Position numbers and translations under genes: made by a program. From the NCBI GenBank assembly GCA_964106645.2, contig OZ067043.1: 64,000 nucleotides of DNA; one strand, written 5' to 3'. Under the pieces are notes generated by a model. It did not search any database. It was not told the origin of the DNA and saw nothing but the letters and a program-made list of their open reading frames with translations. Shown one piece after another: positions 48,414 to 63,258 of the stretch (position 1 is its first letter; each line of letters starts with the position of its first letter). This stretch comes from Podarcis pityusensis (Eukaryota).

Positions 48414-51400
48414 TAATGGTTGCTATGCTTGGAATCTCTAATGTAAATCTCCAGTAACAAAATGTCCGCTCACAAACCAAAGCTTACAAAAAAAAAAAAG
48501 AGGCACAGTTCACCAGGAACATCTCTGGCATAAGCTTCTTTGAAACAAATGGGAATTTCACCAAGAACGAATGTTGCTGTTGTGCAACCCTTACTTATTT
48601 CCAAGGAGCCTGTGGAAGAGATGCTAACAGTTCATTATGCTGACCATCTTCAGATAGAACAGCTGTAGTGTGATCATTGACGCAAACACATAGAATATAA
48701 TTGTCATGTACATGCAGGATGTGTCTTGGACAACTGGGATAATTTACTCTTTTAATCCTTTGAATATTAACACACCATTAAAACACCACCACCACCACCA
48801 CCAGGTTGAAGTGCTTTTCCTCAAATGCTTGTGGAAGAGCCTGCACCTGTGGTATAACAGGTAGGTAGGTTCTAGAACAGTCCACATGCTTTTCTCCTTT
48901 TGCTAGAGGATGCACAAGTGGAACAGTATTTCACTTTTCTTGAGCAGCACTACAGTAGAATAAGACTGTCCTTCTATGAGCAGCAAACCCCTTCCACATG
49001 AGGAAGGGCACCATTGGAGCTAACACCTTCTTCCAGATGCAATTCAAATAATAAAATTGCACCACTGAGGCTGCTGAACCACTGCACAACTGAAGCTAGT
49101 CCTGTTTACCAACTGTGTCCCCCGCCTCTTTTTTTTTATCCCAGTGCAGTTGAGCAACATCAAACCACAGTGGTGGTCAACAAATTACAGGTCAACTCAG
49201 CTCCATGGCCATCTTAAGACCAAGGCACAAAGTAACATAGTATATCCAGCTCTAGGAAGAACTGCTCTGCTAGAAAATCCTGCCTCTGGCTTGTTTAAGG
49301 CCAGTGGTTACCATAATGATACAACACCAAGTTTACCGTAGGGTACTCATACTGCCACATAATCATAATATCTCTGCTCCAATCTCTTCTGCCCTGTGCA
49401 CACAACACTTTTGTTTCTGTGAGCTCCCTGTGAATCTGTCCTGGTTGCTGAAACAGACCCTGTAACACTGAAATAATGGAGTTCAGCTGGGCACCAGCTT
49501 TGCATCTATCACACCATGCAGGAGGCGCAGAGTTGTGCATTTGACATAATCCCCTTAATCGGATTTACAAATGTGTAACAGGAAAAGATTATACATTACT
49601 AAATTTCAAGCTTCCGCCTTATTAATATGCTCCTAGGAGTAAAATTATTCTAAGAAAGCTAGAAAAGTAAGGAATAGAGTATGAACAATATCAAGGAACA
49701 AAGCTCCTAATTTAATTTTATATATTACAATTTATTTTAATAAAAAAATTACTTTTGATGGTGTAGCTCAAATATTTGATACTAGGTCAGCATTTTTCTG
49801 GATTAAAATGGAAACACTTCACTCTTACACCCAAAGACAGAGAGAGAAAGAGAGCACATTTCTCAATTAGTCCCCAGGTCAGGCAGCAGGCATCCTTCTT
49901 GGAACTGGAGGATAGCGCAGTTATTATCATTCCCAATGGTCTCGCCCTTCCCTAAGTCCAGTCACTCAGAGCTCAGGTATGGAACCATACTGTGTGGGAA
50001 ACAGCAGTCGTTAAGATCTCCTGTGTGCCACTTCATAGGCTACATGAGGGAATCCTAGTGCATCCTTGGTCTCCCTTCAAATGATGGTACTGTCTAAATA
50101 CTGGCACGGGGAAGGGAAAATCAGTACTACTGCATTGGGCCGGTACATTCCAATGAGCACTGAACAATAGAAGCATCTAACCAAGTGTCCTAACTTCAAG
50201 CTGCACCTTGGTTCAGTAGCGGCTGGTAGTGTGGTGTGAGCATGGCATCCCAATGCTGCCTGTCACTGCTGGTTACAGAGAGGGAGGGGACAAGGCAGTG
50301 GGGAGCTTGGCGCAGGAATGTCAGATTGGTGCGGTGCAATCACAGCATCAGAGCCAACCTCCCCTCTCAATTGACAGAAACACATGGCATTGGGAAGCCA
50401 GGCCAGTAATGCAGCCCCACTCACACTGCCCCACTATAGCTTTGGTCTCTCTCACTAGCATGTTATGCTACCTCCTCTAGGAATCACTGTTCCAGATATT
50501 TAGGTGTCTGCAAAAACATCCTCTATCGTGTCTCTCACCCACTTAGACTACAGTTCAATTCATACACACTGAGCTAATGTGAATTTCTTTTCCTCATATG
50601 AACCAGGCCTTGAGGAGTTCAGTGATTCACTGATGCAGCTGGGTGTAAAATTCTCTCTGTAGGAAAAAGCATCTCATGCCTAATTTTCAAACTTGAAGCT
50701 TGACCTGGACATTATCAGTGCCCCACAGTAGAGCTCAAAAAATGCACACACTTATGAGCTTAGGTGAGCCTTATTTAATATGAAAAAGAATGTTGACACA
50801 GCCATGAACAATGTTCAGATGCTATAGATGAGCTTTCAGGGTGTCACAGAGCCTGATAAGTACCAGTCCAATTTCTAGCGCTACTTCCTGATCTATTTGC
50901 CAGACTGGTGCTGGTTTGACTTTCTCCAACATCCATGCAAAAAATCTGGCCCTTTATGGAATCCATGCTGCAAGATGAAGCAATGGTCACCATCTTTGAT
51001 AGCTTTGGAAGGTGATCTCGAAAAATTCACTGAGGTTCTGCCTACTGGTCATGATGCTCATACGCAACCTCCAGATTCAGAGGCAGCATGTAACTGAATA
51101 CCAGTTGTTGGGGACTAAGAACATACAAACATGAACCTTGAAGGATCAGGCTAGAGGGAAGAATCGTGTTCTCAAAGTGGCCATCCAAATGCCTGTGGAA
51201 AGCACACAAACAGGACCTGTATGCAACAGCCCTCGGTCCACCTATGATTCCCAGCAACTGGTAATCAGAGGCATACTGCCTCTGACAGTGGAGGTGGAAC
51301 ATTAGGAGGGAGCTATAGCCTTCATGCCCTACTTATAGGTTTTCTGGAGGCATTTGGTTGGCCGCTTAGGGAACTGGGTGCTGGACTTTGGTCTGATCCA

Positions 51401-54377
51401 GCACAGATCTTATGTTCACATCAAAAATGTTCTTGGAAATTAAGCATGCTTTGTCAATTTTTCAGCCAGAGAGATTAAAGTAGGTCTGGCACAATAAAGA
51501 TTTTCTATGCTAGGTGCACAACAACTACCTTCTTTTGCCATGGGAACGCTCGAGTCTGCATCATGTAACCATCACTATTCTTCAGTAAATTGTGGCTTCC
51601 TTTTCAACAGCTGTCCTCTATGGGCATCTCAAGGGCATCCCTGATTCTAATTAAAGGAACATTTCTTGTGACTCTTCCATTTACTTAGAACATACTGTGC
51701 TGCAGGCACTTTGCAGGGAGGGGCGAGGGTTAAAAGAAGAAGTTCTAAACACAAATGATTGATTTCAGTTAAACTTGCTTCCAAACATGAGAAGCAAGCT
51801 TGCTAGAGTAGTCCCATGGCAGTTTTTGCTACTACAAAACCAGCCTATCCATACTTTATATGGTAGTTATGTTCTTAAGACTTTTCACATTGTAGCATAT
51901 TCTTCACTTCAAATCATCAGCCATGTTTTACGATACAAAATTTACATCCTTTATTCAGACACCATAGCATTACACTGTTTGATCTTTTAGATTTTACTCT
52001 GGCCAGTCTACATCCAGACAGCCCAATTAGAAGCTAATGAAGGAGTGCTAACAACCTTAATGGAAACAGTGTTCAAGTTTGGGCTGTTCTTCACTATTTA
52101 TCCACTATATTTGTATACTGATTTTCAACAAAATTGGCTCTCAAAGCAGTTCAAAACAATAGTTGATCTACAGGCAGATACTATTCTCAAAATATAATTT
52201 AGAAGACTATTAAAAATCAATCCGAACTATTTATTTTTGTATTAAACTTTAATTCAGACAGGTGAGGTGGATTAAGGAAACAGGAAAAACCCTGTTGAGA
52301 AAGCTACACTTAACAAAATAACAAAGAAGACGACTATAGCAGACACCTAGCAAATGTAGCAGGATCGCTATCCTAAGCATAAGTATGGGCTCTGACTCTC
52401 AACTTGGACTAGTGGCACTGGAGATAGAGATGCTGTAAACTGATCAGCATCATGACCAAGCCCAAGCCAGAAACTCTTGGATCAGGGGCCCTTCAATCAA
52501 TCAGGATATCTGGAGTTTTCAGCCGCCTGAGGAATTGACAGCCTCCATGTTAGGGGGCCTGTACACCCAAATTGGCCTGTCAATGTAAAAATGCAACACC
52601 AAAATCCAAAGGAAAAGAAAAAAGAAAGGTGGGATATAAATGTAATACAAACCAACCAACCAACCAACCAACCAGGAAGTAGGAAAATGCATGCTGCTCC
52701 ATTTTAGAGTACTAAGTAAGAAGTATACACCCATGTCCCCAATAGATGGTTGGTGGTTCTAGCAACCTACAGAAATGGATTAATCTCAAGAGAATTAAAA
52801 AGGTAGGCTTGGAGTGGAAAACCTGTTCCACACAAAAGCAAGCGGCTGCTAAAGCCAGGTTTAGGAGGAGGATGGGGATAGGAAGATCCATGTTTTGCAA
52901 CTCAGATTGCTTGATCAGAGAGGCAATCTGTCTCACTGCCTACAACAGAACAACTTCTTTCAAGCCTAATTTCAGAGAGGGGAGAGACGATGGTAGGGTA
53001 CCCAATAGATAACAGGGTAAGCCTCTGAGGGCACACATGTGGCAACTGCGGAGCACACAGTCTCCAAACAATGAGAAAAGAAATCAAATGAAATGTACAC
53101 AAAACACAAGTTGGATGGGGCAGAAATTGTTAGAATTCCTGCTCCATGATTGCAGTCATGGGATTTTTGTCTATCACATGATGGTATATGTTTTAACTCC
53201 ACAAAATGGGAAGTGACGGAGACTGGGTGTTTGTGTTACTGTGTTCTGTGAAGTGGGACTATCGTCCTTTTTCTTTTTCTCTTTGTTGTCTGATGCTACA
53301 GAGAGCTAGATAGCTAGATAGGCACTTCCAAAGCAGAGAGATGCACAACTCTCAAATGTTTTTCTTTAAAATAAAAGCAAGTTCACAAACTATTATTTGC
53401 AACTAACTGAGATTATGCCTGTGTGCACAATTTATTTCACTATAAACTAATACACGTCCATTTCTAATCTATTGCAAACAAAAAGTACTTTGTTTCTATT
53501 TTCTGCAAACTCTCTTCCCCTTCCACTGAAGTTAATCCCCCTACAATTGTTTACATTATCACACCATTTGCACACAACTTTCAGTATACCGCAGAAGAAT
53601 GATTCAGGGCCCCCTGGGAGCCAAGTGATTGTATATCTAAAGCACAATTTATAATTCAGGCTTCTCCTAGTGTTACATTCTCCTGAGGAAGTATTCTTCA
53701 CTTAGACAAAGATGAAAGAACAAATAATCTTTGGAACATTACATACAAAATTACATAGATTATCAATCATGAAGGAAAAATCAAATGGTTTTTTATCATC
53801 GACTACTGACAATCATAAATATTATAGACATTTCTTTTAAATGGACTGAGGAAAAAGGCACATTATTTTTTATGTGTAGATCTCATCGTCTGTGTGTATT
53901 CAGTAAAACTTTGTTGGAGAGCTGTTGTCTTCGCAGCTAGGTATTGATCCGTGCTATCTAAACAACGAGGTTTAGATTAACAGAATTTGACTACCACATG
54001 TGATCTTTAAAAACTCAGACTGGACAGGGTAATTTTTAAAAACATATATACAGTACAAAAGTAATCCATTTAACACCACATGAATAAAGTGCAACATCAC
54101 ATGTATGAACTGATTTGAAGACATTACCAGCATCATTGCCAACAGCTACCATTAAATGGAGACACATTTCAGGTGCTACAGACTAAACAAGTGCAATTTG
54201 TGGAGTCCGAGTACTCAAGATGGGAGACATGTAAAATATATAGGAAAAGTTTAATATGTCCATGAAATTGCCTTGTTTTCACTGACCGACCAAAAAGTGT
54301 TATTAACACAATAGTAAGTCAGGTTAGGTACAGAGGAGTTAGAACGTGAAGTTCTCCAGAAGTCAGTATTGACTCAC

Positions 54378-54428
54378 CACTGTATATGTCAGTGTGATTT
54401 CGAAAGGACGTTTCATTATGGGGATGCT
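54378..54428 (-). CDS. NFASC: NFASC alternative 51-nt Ig2-Ig3 linker exon (KHPHNETSFRNHTDIYS)
   Basis: Resembles the known 17-aa neurofascin insert (NHPYNDSSLRNHPDMYS-like); ttattacag| and |gtgagt; frame-preserving. Confidence 0.93.
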
Positions 54429-55741
54429 CTGTAATAAACAAAAGAACGTGAGCGTACCAAAGGCAACAAAGCATGCACTGAGTAACAAAAGACGAAATGG
54501 AGAGGAGGTGTACAAAAGGAAAAGAACACACACACACACACAACAGAAATTATAAAAAAGCAAAAAGCAAAATAAAAAAAGAGGCAATGACATACACATA
54601 ACATCCAAAAAAAACCTTCAACACAATTTGGAAAGAAACAAAGAACACAGCAACGGAAGGCAGCAATTGAAGAAGACGGCTTTTTTCTATGAAATGCAAA
54701 ATTATGAACTAAAAAAACCCAACACGCATTAACACAAAATCAAATATGTTCAGATGCGTTCCAGAAACATATGGATTTTTAAGTTTGACTTTTAAAATGC
54801 CAGGAAATAATCAAAACATTTTAATTATTATTATCAATAACTTTGTTAACATCCAGCTCTACTTTTGGGAAGAACAATTAGTTTGTCATCAGATTTGTAA
54901 AAAGAAAAAAGATAAAGAATGCATTCCTAATATTTGTTCCAAGGGTACAAGATGGATTACTTTCAGCTTTAACAATGAAAAAAAAACAAGTTATAAAAGT
55001 ATAAGATAAACAACTGGGGTTTTAATAGATCATGGAAGCATTATTAGAATGAACTGCCTTTCATCTTTTAAAAATGCAAAGCGATAAGCACATTAGAAAT
55101 AATCCAATAGCAGCAGTAGGCTTGCAGATAAACCCACAAAAGTTACGGGACAGCATTTAAAAAAAATAACAACTGGATTACGACAATGCAGCTGAGCACC
55201 AGCATCCCGCAAAGCATGTCTTGGTATATATTATCCTCAAAATGGACACTTAGACCTGCTGAAGCACCCCAACTATTGTGCCCTCATTCCCCTCTTACAA
55301 GGTGGGTGTGTGGGAGACTACTTGTAAGTCTTCATTACTATAACACTGAAAATGGCATAAATGCAGAGAAACTTTAATGTACCTCACCGATGTCGCTCTC
55401 CAAACCCATACCACCCATTTCATGAAATTCCATGACTCCATTTAGGATTTACATAAGAAATTACATAAGAAAAAAATGGCCATATATTTTAAACCACCTT
55501 TATTAGTCTTAGATTTGCTAAAATTGTCAGGTTTAAGTCTGACAGCATACCACATCATACTAAAAACCATGTAGGTAAATAAGGACCTATGACACTTTGA
55601 AAAGCAAAGTACGTTTGAACACAAAAGCGACCACTTACATTAGGAAAAAATGAGGGTTTTTTAAAGGGGTAATCTGCTTTAATCTTAAACATTAAGGCTA
55701 CACTCATGGGCTTTGTTTGCTCATCATGCTAACCCTTAAAC

Positions 55742-55875
55742 TAGGGGTGGCTAAATTGTTGTCCTCTAGATATTATTAGACTACAACGTTCATCATCCCT
55801 GATGTCTCGACAAGCTGGCTGGGGATGAGAGTTGGAGTCTACAACGTCTGGAGAGCCACAGATTAGCAATCCCTT
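55742..55875. mobile_element. hAT palindromic MITE, degenerate
   Basis: Same family layout; TSD ccttaaac/ccataaac. Confidence 0.6.
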
Positions 55876-57784
55876 CCATAAACCATGTCTTACCATGGAC
55901 AAACAGCACAATAACACACTCTGCCAGATCCTTCCCACTTCGTTCCACCTCTGTCAGGAGCAACAAACATGCCTCCTTGGAGCTGCCAAAACCTGTAATT
56001 GTGGCTTGTTTCCCCATAAGCAAACCACATCTGGAAACCAAGGTTTATTCTTGGCTTGCTGATCATTGTGCATTTAGAGAGAAACAAGCCACAAACCTGA
56101 TTTGGACAACATGGTAAACCAAGGACTGTGGTTGTTCCTGCTCCTGCTAGGTGGTGGTGCAAAACAAAAATGATCTGGCAGTGTCCACGAGGATACTGTC
56201 TGTTCACAGGAAGCCATAGTTTATGGCTCACTGTGATGTGTGAAAAAGGCCACTAGTTTTTTAAGGATTAGGACAACCCAAGTCTATTTTGTCTAAACTA
56301 GGCTTGGTAAGAAGTAGAATGACTACTATTCTGTATTTCCAAAAGAAGATCAATGTCCTAATCCTCAACACATTTGGAAGTAAATACTACTGATTTCAAG
56401 TTAGTGTGTCTAGCATTACAGCCTCTTTACTTCCCTTTCAGATGAGAAAATTAATCATCATAGCAAAGCAATAACTTTTGTGGATTGAGCACTTATACAA
56501 AACAAAATACTGAACAAGTATCCAGATTTGAAACAAAAACAAATCACCGAACAACGTGCCACACAGAAAGGCAGTTCAGTTCCTTTGAACATAAGATGAA
56601 ATCTATTTTACATACAGGAAGAAAGTGGTCCTCTATTGAAAGGGTCTCTAGGGAGGAAATGTGCACACAGTTTCCAAGTGAATATGTAAGAACAAGAAGG
56701 CTGGAGACATACAGTACTCTTAATGAGCCTTCCAAGGAGCCACTTGTAACCTAGGGGTCACTAGGTAAAGGGCAAAGACAACCATAGCATACAAATTAAG
56801 GGTTACCCATTACATACAACTTACTGCAAACTCTATTTGTCTAAACTGTTTAATATTTACATTTCTTAAGTGGTATCATAAAAACAGAAACTTAGCAACA
56901 ACAAAGTCCAGGGAAAGAAAGGGTGGAAGATGCATTGTACAAGATATCTGAAGCAACTGTTGGGCAAAAGGAAGGGTACGGCGGAGGGCAGAAAATATCC
57001 AAGTGATAATTCTTTACGGTGTGGTGTTACAAGTAAACTTTTACCAGATGATCCACATGATCGTACAGGTCTTTTTAGGGACAGGCAGTCCTTCAGATAA
57101 CCTAGTCCCAAGTTGTTCAAGGTTTTAGGTGTTAGTAACAAGATCTTGACATTCCTCTAGTTCCTTTGTTTCAACATTCTTCCCTTAGATCAATACGTGA
57201 CAGGAGAAAACCTGCCTGCAGGGCCATCAATTAAGCATGGCTTCTAACACAGAAGGCAGTGAGCTGTGTTCAGAAGCTGGAAGAGCAGCAGGACTCCATC
57301 TACACTGCTGCATGGATCACTTCTGGGTAGGTGGGATCCATGCCACTTTTCAGTCACTTGACATCACTATGATGTCGTGACCCATTTTTCATTTGTAGTA
57401 CAGCCGGTCTTGGGAAATGGCCAAATTGGGACCCATGCTGGGCCTAAATAGGCCTGCAGCCTGAATATTCCCCATGCCTGCTATATAGCATTAACACCAA
57501 GGTCTTGTTTTCCAGTCATGGAAAGCCATAATTAATGGCATGCCATGAGCTTTCCTCCTCTAGTGTGAGTGGATGCAACAAATTAAAACCCTCATTTTAA
57601 TGTTATAGCTGAAACTGAGATTGCACTTTGTTTTGCTCAAACAAATCTGGAAGCTAAGAAGAAACCTTAACTTCAGATTGTGGTATGTTTGGGGCAAAAC
57701 GAACCATGATCCCTGGTCTGGACATAATGCTAAGCCATGGCTCATGTAGTTTATTGTTTCCATTCATGCTAGGGAAGGAAAAGG

Positions 57785-57972
57785 GGAATGACTGTATCTC
57801 AGTGTAGAACATCTGCTTTGCATGCAGACGGCCTACGTTCAAACCCTGGCAGCTCCATTTAACAGATGACAGAAAAACCTCCTTCTCCCTGAGACCTTGA
57901 AGAGCTGCTGGCAGTTGGTAAACAATACTGATCTAGATGGACAAATAGATTGGATATAAAGTAGGTTCCTAT
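57785..57972 (+). mobile_element. tRNA-derived SINE copy, degenerate
   Basis: CTCAGTGTAGAACATCTGCTTTGCATGCAG...GATCTAGATGGAC. Confidence 0.6.
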
Positions 57973-60900
57973 TATCTTTCTGCCTGCAGAGGAATCTACT
58001 TCAGTGACACCTCCCAGCTTACCAGGTTCTGTACTCATTTCCCTCCATGACTAGAGTGTCCAGCACTGGAGATATCCAGCTGCTGCTTGACAACCCTTGC
58101 AAGGACAGAATCCAAGACAAATGCATCAATTGCCTCATAGTCTATCTAGCCCTGAAGGGAGAGATCTGGAAAGTTCCAAGTGTTTGCAACCTCACAATCA
58201 ACTGCTAGCACAAAAACACATCTCTTCTGCTAGGGTTTCATGGCAGCAGTTTCAAAAGTAACAGAGGTTAAGGCTTAATGCCCTGAGAGAGAGGAAGAGA
58301 GGCCTAGGCAAGGCCAAAAGAGCATTGTGGTTCTTAACTTCAACTGACATGTCTCTAGGAATTAAGTACAAAAGGCCATATCCTCATACAGAGCTGATAC
58401 GACAGACTAAGGAGTATGCATGCCTTCCTAAATGCCACTTAAAAACTGGGCTGATTAGTACCAATTGGCTGTAGTGATGACTAATGAAGGAAGGATCTGC
58501 AAACTTTGGTTTTCTCATTTTCCTATTCCTAAATTCAGTTCTCCAATTTTTTGCACCTATTGACAGATTTCTAGAGGAAATCCTCACAAAAATTGCCCAG
58601 CATCCTAACACATTTTTGCAAGCAATTTCCCTAATATAATGCATTTCTCTATATTATTTTGATGAATGTATTGATTTTTATGCACACTTCCCCCTAATAT
58701 ATACATTTTTGTAAACACTGTTGGTGAACTACATCACTAAATTCAGATGAGTGCAAATTTTGAGGGATGGTTGTGTTTCAGTCTTCATATTGTTTCAGAA
58801 AGTGCAAATTAGAGAGATTCAGCTTTAAATGCTAACTGAATTGAATTCCACACCATTCCTAGTGATAGCTGATGTCACTGAATTCAAACATCCCAATGAA
58901 TATTTCAGTTCAGTTATATATTTCTCTTGTTATATTTGTATGTTTCCCAAGTCCATTAATCCTTGGTTTCCTTTTCTTAGAAACAAAGAAAACATTCGTC
59001 AAAGAAGCACACACCTCTTCTTTCTTACAGATGAATAGATTTAGTCCTTTATTATTGTTCTATGTTATTTGGCATCTAGTTGTGTAGCCACATTGAGAGG
59101 CTACTTTTGTAGGCTGGAGTTTATAGTAATCTTCTCCTCTACGCTCTCAAGACTGTAACACTTAATAGGGTCAGGAATGGCTCCAAACTTTCCTTCACTA
59201 AAATAGTGAGTGAGTAAGTAAGTAAGTAAATATACTCTAAATAAAATGAATGAGAAGTGAGATGTATCCCACCAGCAAGTCAGTGTCTTTCAATCATTTA
59301 AGATATTCCCTGTCCTAGAATTAGTATGCTGCCATCTCTCCTCCTTGCTCCTTTAATATATATCAATTTCATGAGAGGCAATTCAAATGTTCCAAGTTTG
59401 ATATGGTCTGTTCAATTTGCAAATGTTGCTGCGGCAGCAAAACGATGTTGCAGTCAGTAGGGGGTTAAGAAGAATGTTAGTTTGTAGCCTGCTGATCTCT
59501 ATTCCCCCCTCGCTTATTAAAATAGCAAGAATGAAATATAATCATGCTCTTCCCTCCATCCTTAGAGAAGATGCTCTTTGATGGGTTGAAACTGAGGTCA
59601 TCCTGAAAGTAGGCAGAAGATGCCAATGCAGTTGCTTCCGCTCTGCAGGACATTCTACCCATGGAGACTGTTAGAGAATGCTTATTATTATCAATAATTC
59701 AGCCCTCTTCTGTGTGTCTTTTGGGTTGACTGTGGGTATGGCGCATGCTTCTGGCCTCCATGTTTTCATGTTCTCCCCACCCCATTTGGCATACAATGGT
59801 CTAAATAATTCAGATGTCATTGCAATCAGAGTGAAGCATGCCCTCAAAAGACATCCCCAGACCTAAGCAAGCAGTAATAAGAAGCTGGGCAAGAAGAAGA
59901 AAAGAAGAAGCAGGGGATGATTTTGACTTTAAGCTGGGGGACACACCTGTCACTGGAATAGAAGAACATTCAAATCAGTGAGGATTCAAATATAATAAAT
60001 GAGAAAGTAAGCAGCAAGTTCACTTCGCTCTCTCCTTACACAGTTCCAAGTGCGACCTGTTGACTTCTATGGGGAATAGATCCATAGTTGATGCCATGCA
60101 AAGTGGGCTGGCAGTGATGTTTGCTGGTGTGCCCAGCGCCGCTTACCTCAAAGCATGCATCAGTGACATCCTGGGTGGACCAGAAATGCCCCGAGTGCCA
60201 CTCATTGCACTAGAAGCAATAGGAGTGACTGACAACATGGCTTGGCTGAAGCTAAATACAATGCACACTGCTAATGCACATTTCCTTTATAAATTACTAA
60301 ACATTCTGAGATGGTTAAAACTTTGGAAATACTGGACAAGGTTATATTGGCTCATTAAGGAGGGGGAATGTACACAGATCTTTTAAAACAAGAAAGTTTT
60401 TTTAAAAAATACATCACCACCACCACACAAACTCCAATAAGAGGCCACAGTAGGATATCTAAAATGATCCGACATGCCATAGAACACTCCATTAGCACAA
60501 TTGGCCTACACATCGTTTTGTGAGCATTGTGGAACACTGTTCATGCAAACAGGGAAGGATGAACTAAAAAAATCAAACAAGTCATGTGAGCAACCTGATA
60601 GGTCTTTTAAAAAACGATCTCTTGAATTTACTTGCTGTTTGATCATAGATATCCAAGCATTTAGTAAATGACCCCTTTAAAATACTGGGTGACATTCAAC
60701 TATGTTTTACTCGGAGTAGACCCATTGAAATTAATCTTCATGACTAAATTAGATCTATTAATTGCAATAGATGTGCTCTTCAGTTGAATCCAACCCAGTA
60801 ACCAAACCAGAGAAAACAGCAGTATATCATTTAAAAAAGCACATACAAACAAGTCCTGCTGCCAGAATGCTTGCTATCTAAAATCTTAGATATTCAAACA

Positions 60901-61586
60901 CAAAGAATTATATCCAAACCACGTTACAAAATGGCTGATTCAGATATCCAAACAGGTGGAGTTTGCCCACTTCCTTACTTGTTTGTGTTTTGCTGGTTGG
61001 CAGCAACTATTTTGGGCAGGAGAGAGTTTTCCCCTTTTTTTGGCTTTTGCTGATTGGCTGCAGCAGTTTTAGGCAGGAGGCATGGAGGGAGAAAGCATGG
61101 AATAGAAATGTTCCCATAGGAAAATAATGGAAATCATCAGCTTGTTATGCGAACACTCACCCAACAAACGATTTCTTGGGAACACACTGTATTCAGAAAG
61201 CAGGACCTGCGTGTATGTGAAAAATATGTGGACACATGCTAGAACCTGTTATGTTGATATGTCAGCTGATGTCTCTGATGTTTACATTCCTCACAGATAA
61301 ATAAGACACTATATGCCCAATAAGTAGAGCTGGCTTCAAAATGCATTTTGAACCTCCAAAATTCGTGTAAGCTGTCTTCATCTTCTTGGAGGAAGGACAG
61401 AGCACCAATGTGTTAAATAAAGCATTTTCACACCTCTAAGAACATGTAGTAAAATACCCTCTCATAACTCAAGGAATGTTACAAAAACTGCCATGTTTGT
61501 AAGGAGATGGTTTCTCTGACTGTTGCCAGCACAGCAGGGATTGTGTTCATGAAGTTCCAGCCAAGCTGATCATAGTAAATACTTAC

Positions 61587-61757
61587 TGGTCATGACTTTG
61601 AGGGTATAAGGATTTTTCTGCTGGATGGTGTGGGTGAAGGCAAAGCGAGCATTACAGCTGTAGTCAGTCAGGGCATCCTCCTGCATGACATTGGAGAAAT
61701 ACAAGTCACCATTCTGTCCTTGGGAGACACGCTTGTCTTGGTGGATTGACTCCATGG
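61587..61757 (-). CDS. NFASC: NFASC exon, Ig2 second half ([16 protein letters not shown]...TLKVMT), 171 nt
   Basis: cttacag| acceptor, |gtaagt donor, phase 1-1. Confidence 0.96.
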
Positions 61758-62747
61758 CTGTAAGAAAGAACAATAAATCTTATTGGAACTCACTGCTGTG
61801 CACCTTTGTAATGGATAGAACTAGCGGCAATTATCTACTAGCCCCAGCAACCTGGAAAATACATAAATTGATTACTTCCAGCTAGCCTTGGACAGCAGAA
61901 CTCAATTCAAGACATTTCCGATAGTTCAAGCTAGGTACTTCAAATTCTTACTATGGGTGAAAAGCAACACAAAGAACCAGTTTTGCTTACTTGCTTAGTT
62001 AATAGAACTGTTATGCCACCTGCCAATAGGACAGTTTTCCACGCAGTTCCCCAAAGGATAATAAAAACAATAAAATCGTATCACAATATGAGTGTTCAGC
62101 GACACACATGAGAAAATCCACATAGCTCGCTGCTATAAAGACTAGTTACTTTGAAAATATGACCAGCCGACACAGTCAGTTTACCACATGCACATGCAGT
62201 CCACATGGAAAAGGAAATATTTAGATTGATAAGGTAGGTCTCAAATTTATTATGCAAACCAGCTCTTTCCAAGAGCTGCAGCCAGGGACATCCCAACAGC
62301 AGAGCAATGAGAGTAATAGCTTAGAACAGCATTTTTAAGGGCATTAAGGAAGCTCTGTGCAATATGAGAAGTGCATCTCAGAATCCTGTATGATACTTAA
62401 TGAGATCCTGGGGTGAGCTCTGGAGGAGTATAACCCAGCTGAGGTCGTGGGCTATCTCTGGCTGAAGCTCCATCTTCTTTTGTATATTAACAAGCAGCAG
62501 ATATTGAATGTACCACAACTAGATTCTTTTCATTTCAGTGTTGACAACATGAGAGTGTGGAAAGGCGGAAAAGGTCACTCCTTTGCAGTTGTGCCATAAT
62601 ACTACCGAGCCCCATGAATGGTCAGTATAGACAAGGGAAACAGTAGCATCACCGAGATCAGCCTAAACCATTACACTCATGTCCTGTTAGGGAACCCTCT
62701 TAGTTTCCAAGTACAGTTCTAGCCTGCTAGCCAGTGGGAAGACTTAC

Positions 62748-62870
62748 AGCTGCTCATCCAGAAGATAGCCGGAGGCGGCAGTCCAGGAGGGGGATTGCAT
62801 GCCAAGATAAGATGAGCACCTTCATGAACCTCTTGAATGTCTAAGTTTTCCTTTGGCCACAAGGGAGACT
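62748..62870 (-). CDS. NFASC: NFASC exon, Ig2 first half ([11 protein letters not shown]...IFWMSS), 123 nt
   Basis: tttgcag| acceptor, |gtaagt donor, phase 1-1. Confidence 0.96.
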
Positions 62871-62911
62871 CTGCAAATAAAAATGTCACAAAAGAAATTA
62901 CATGCATACAT

Positions 62912-63258
62912 AAAGGTAAAGGTAAAGGGACCCCTGACCATTAGGTCCAGTTGTGGCCGACTCTGGGGTTGCGGCGCTCATCTCGCTTTATTGGCCGAGG
63001 GAGCCGGCGTACAGCTTCTGGGTCATGTGGCCAGCATGACTAAGCCGCTTCTGGCAAACCAGAGCAGTGCACGGAAACACCGTTTACCTTCCCGCTGGAG
63101 CGGTACCTATTTATCTACTTGCACTTTGACGTGCTTTCGAACTGCTAGGTTGGCAGGAGCAGGGACCGAGCAACGGGAGCTCACCCTGTCACGGGGATTC
63201 GAACTGCCGGCCTTCTGATCGGCAAGTCCTAGGCTCTGTGGTTTAACCCACAGCGCCA
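62912..63258 (-). mobile_element. Sauria-type SINE, near full length
   Basis: Reverse complement of the family; TSD TACATAAAGGTA at 62907-62918 and 63261-63272. Confidence 0.9.

Larger units (their letters stand above)
790..62870 (-). other. NFASC: Neurofascin gene, partial (Ig2 through PAT domain; 22 coding exons in window)
   Basis: Translated exons match neurofascin motifs ([73 protein letters not shown]) in the expected order, with compatible splice phases. Confidence 0.98.
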
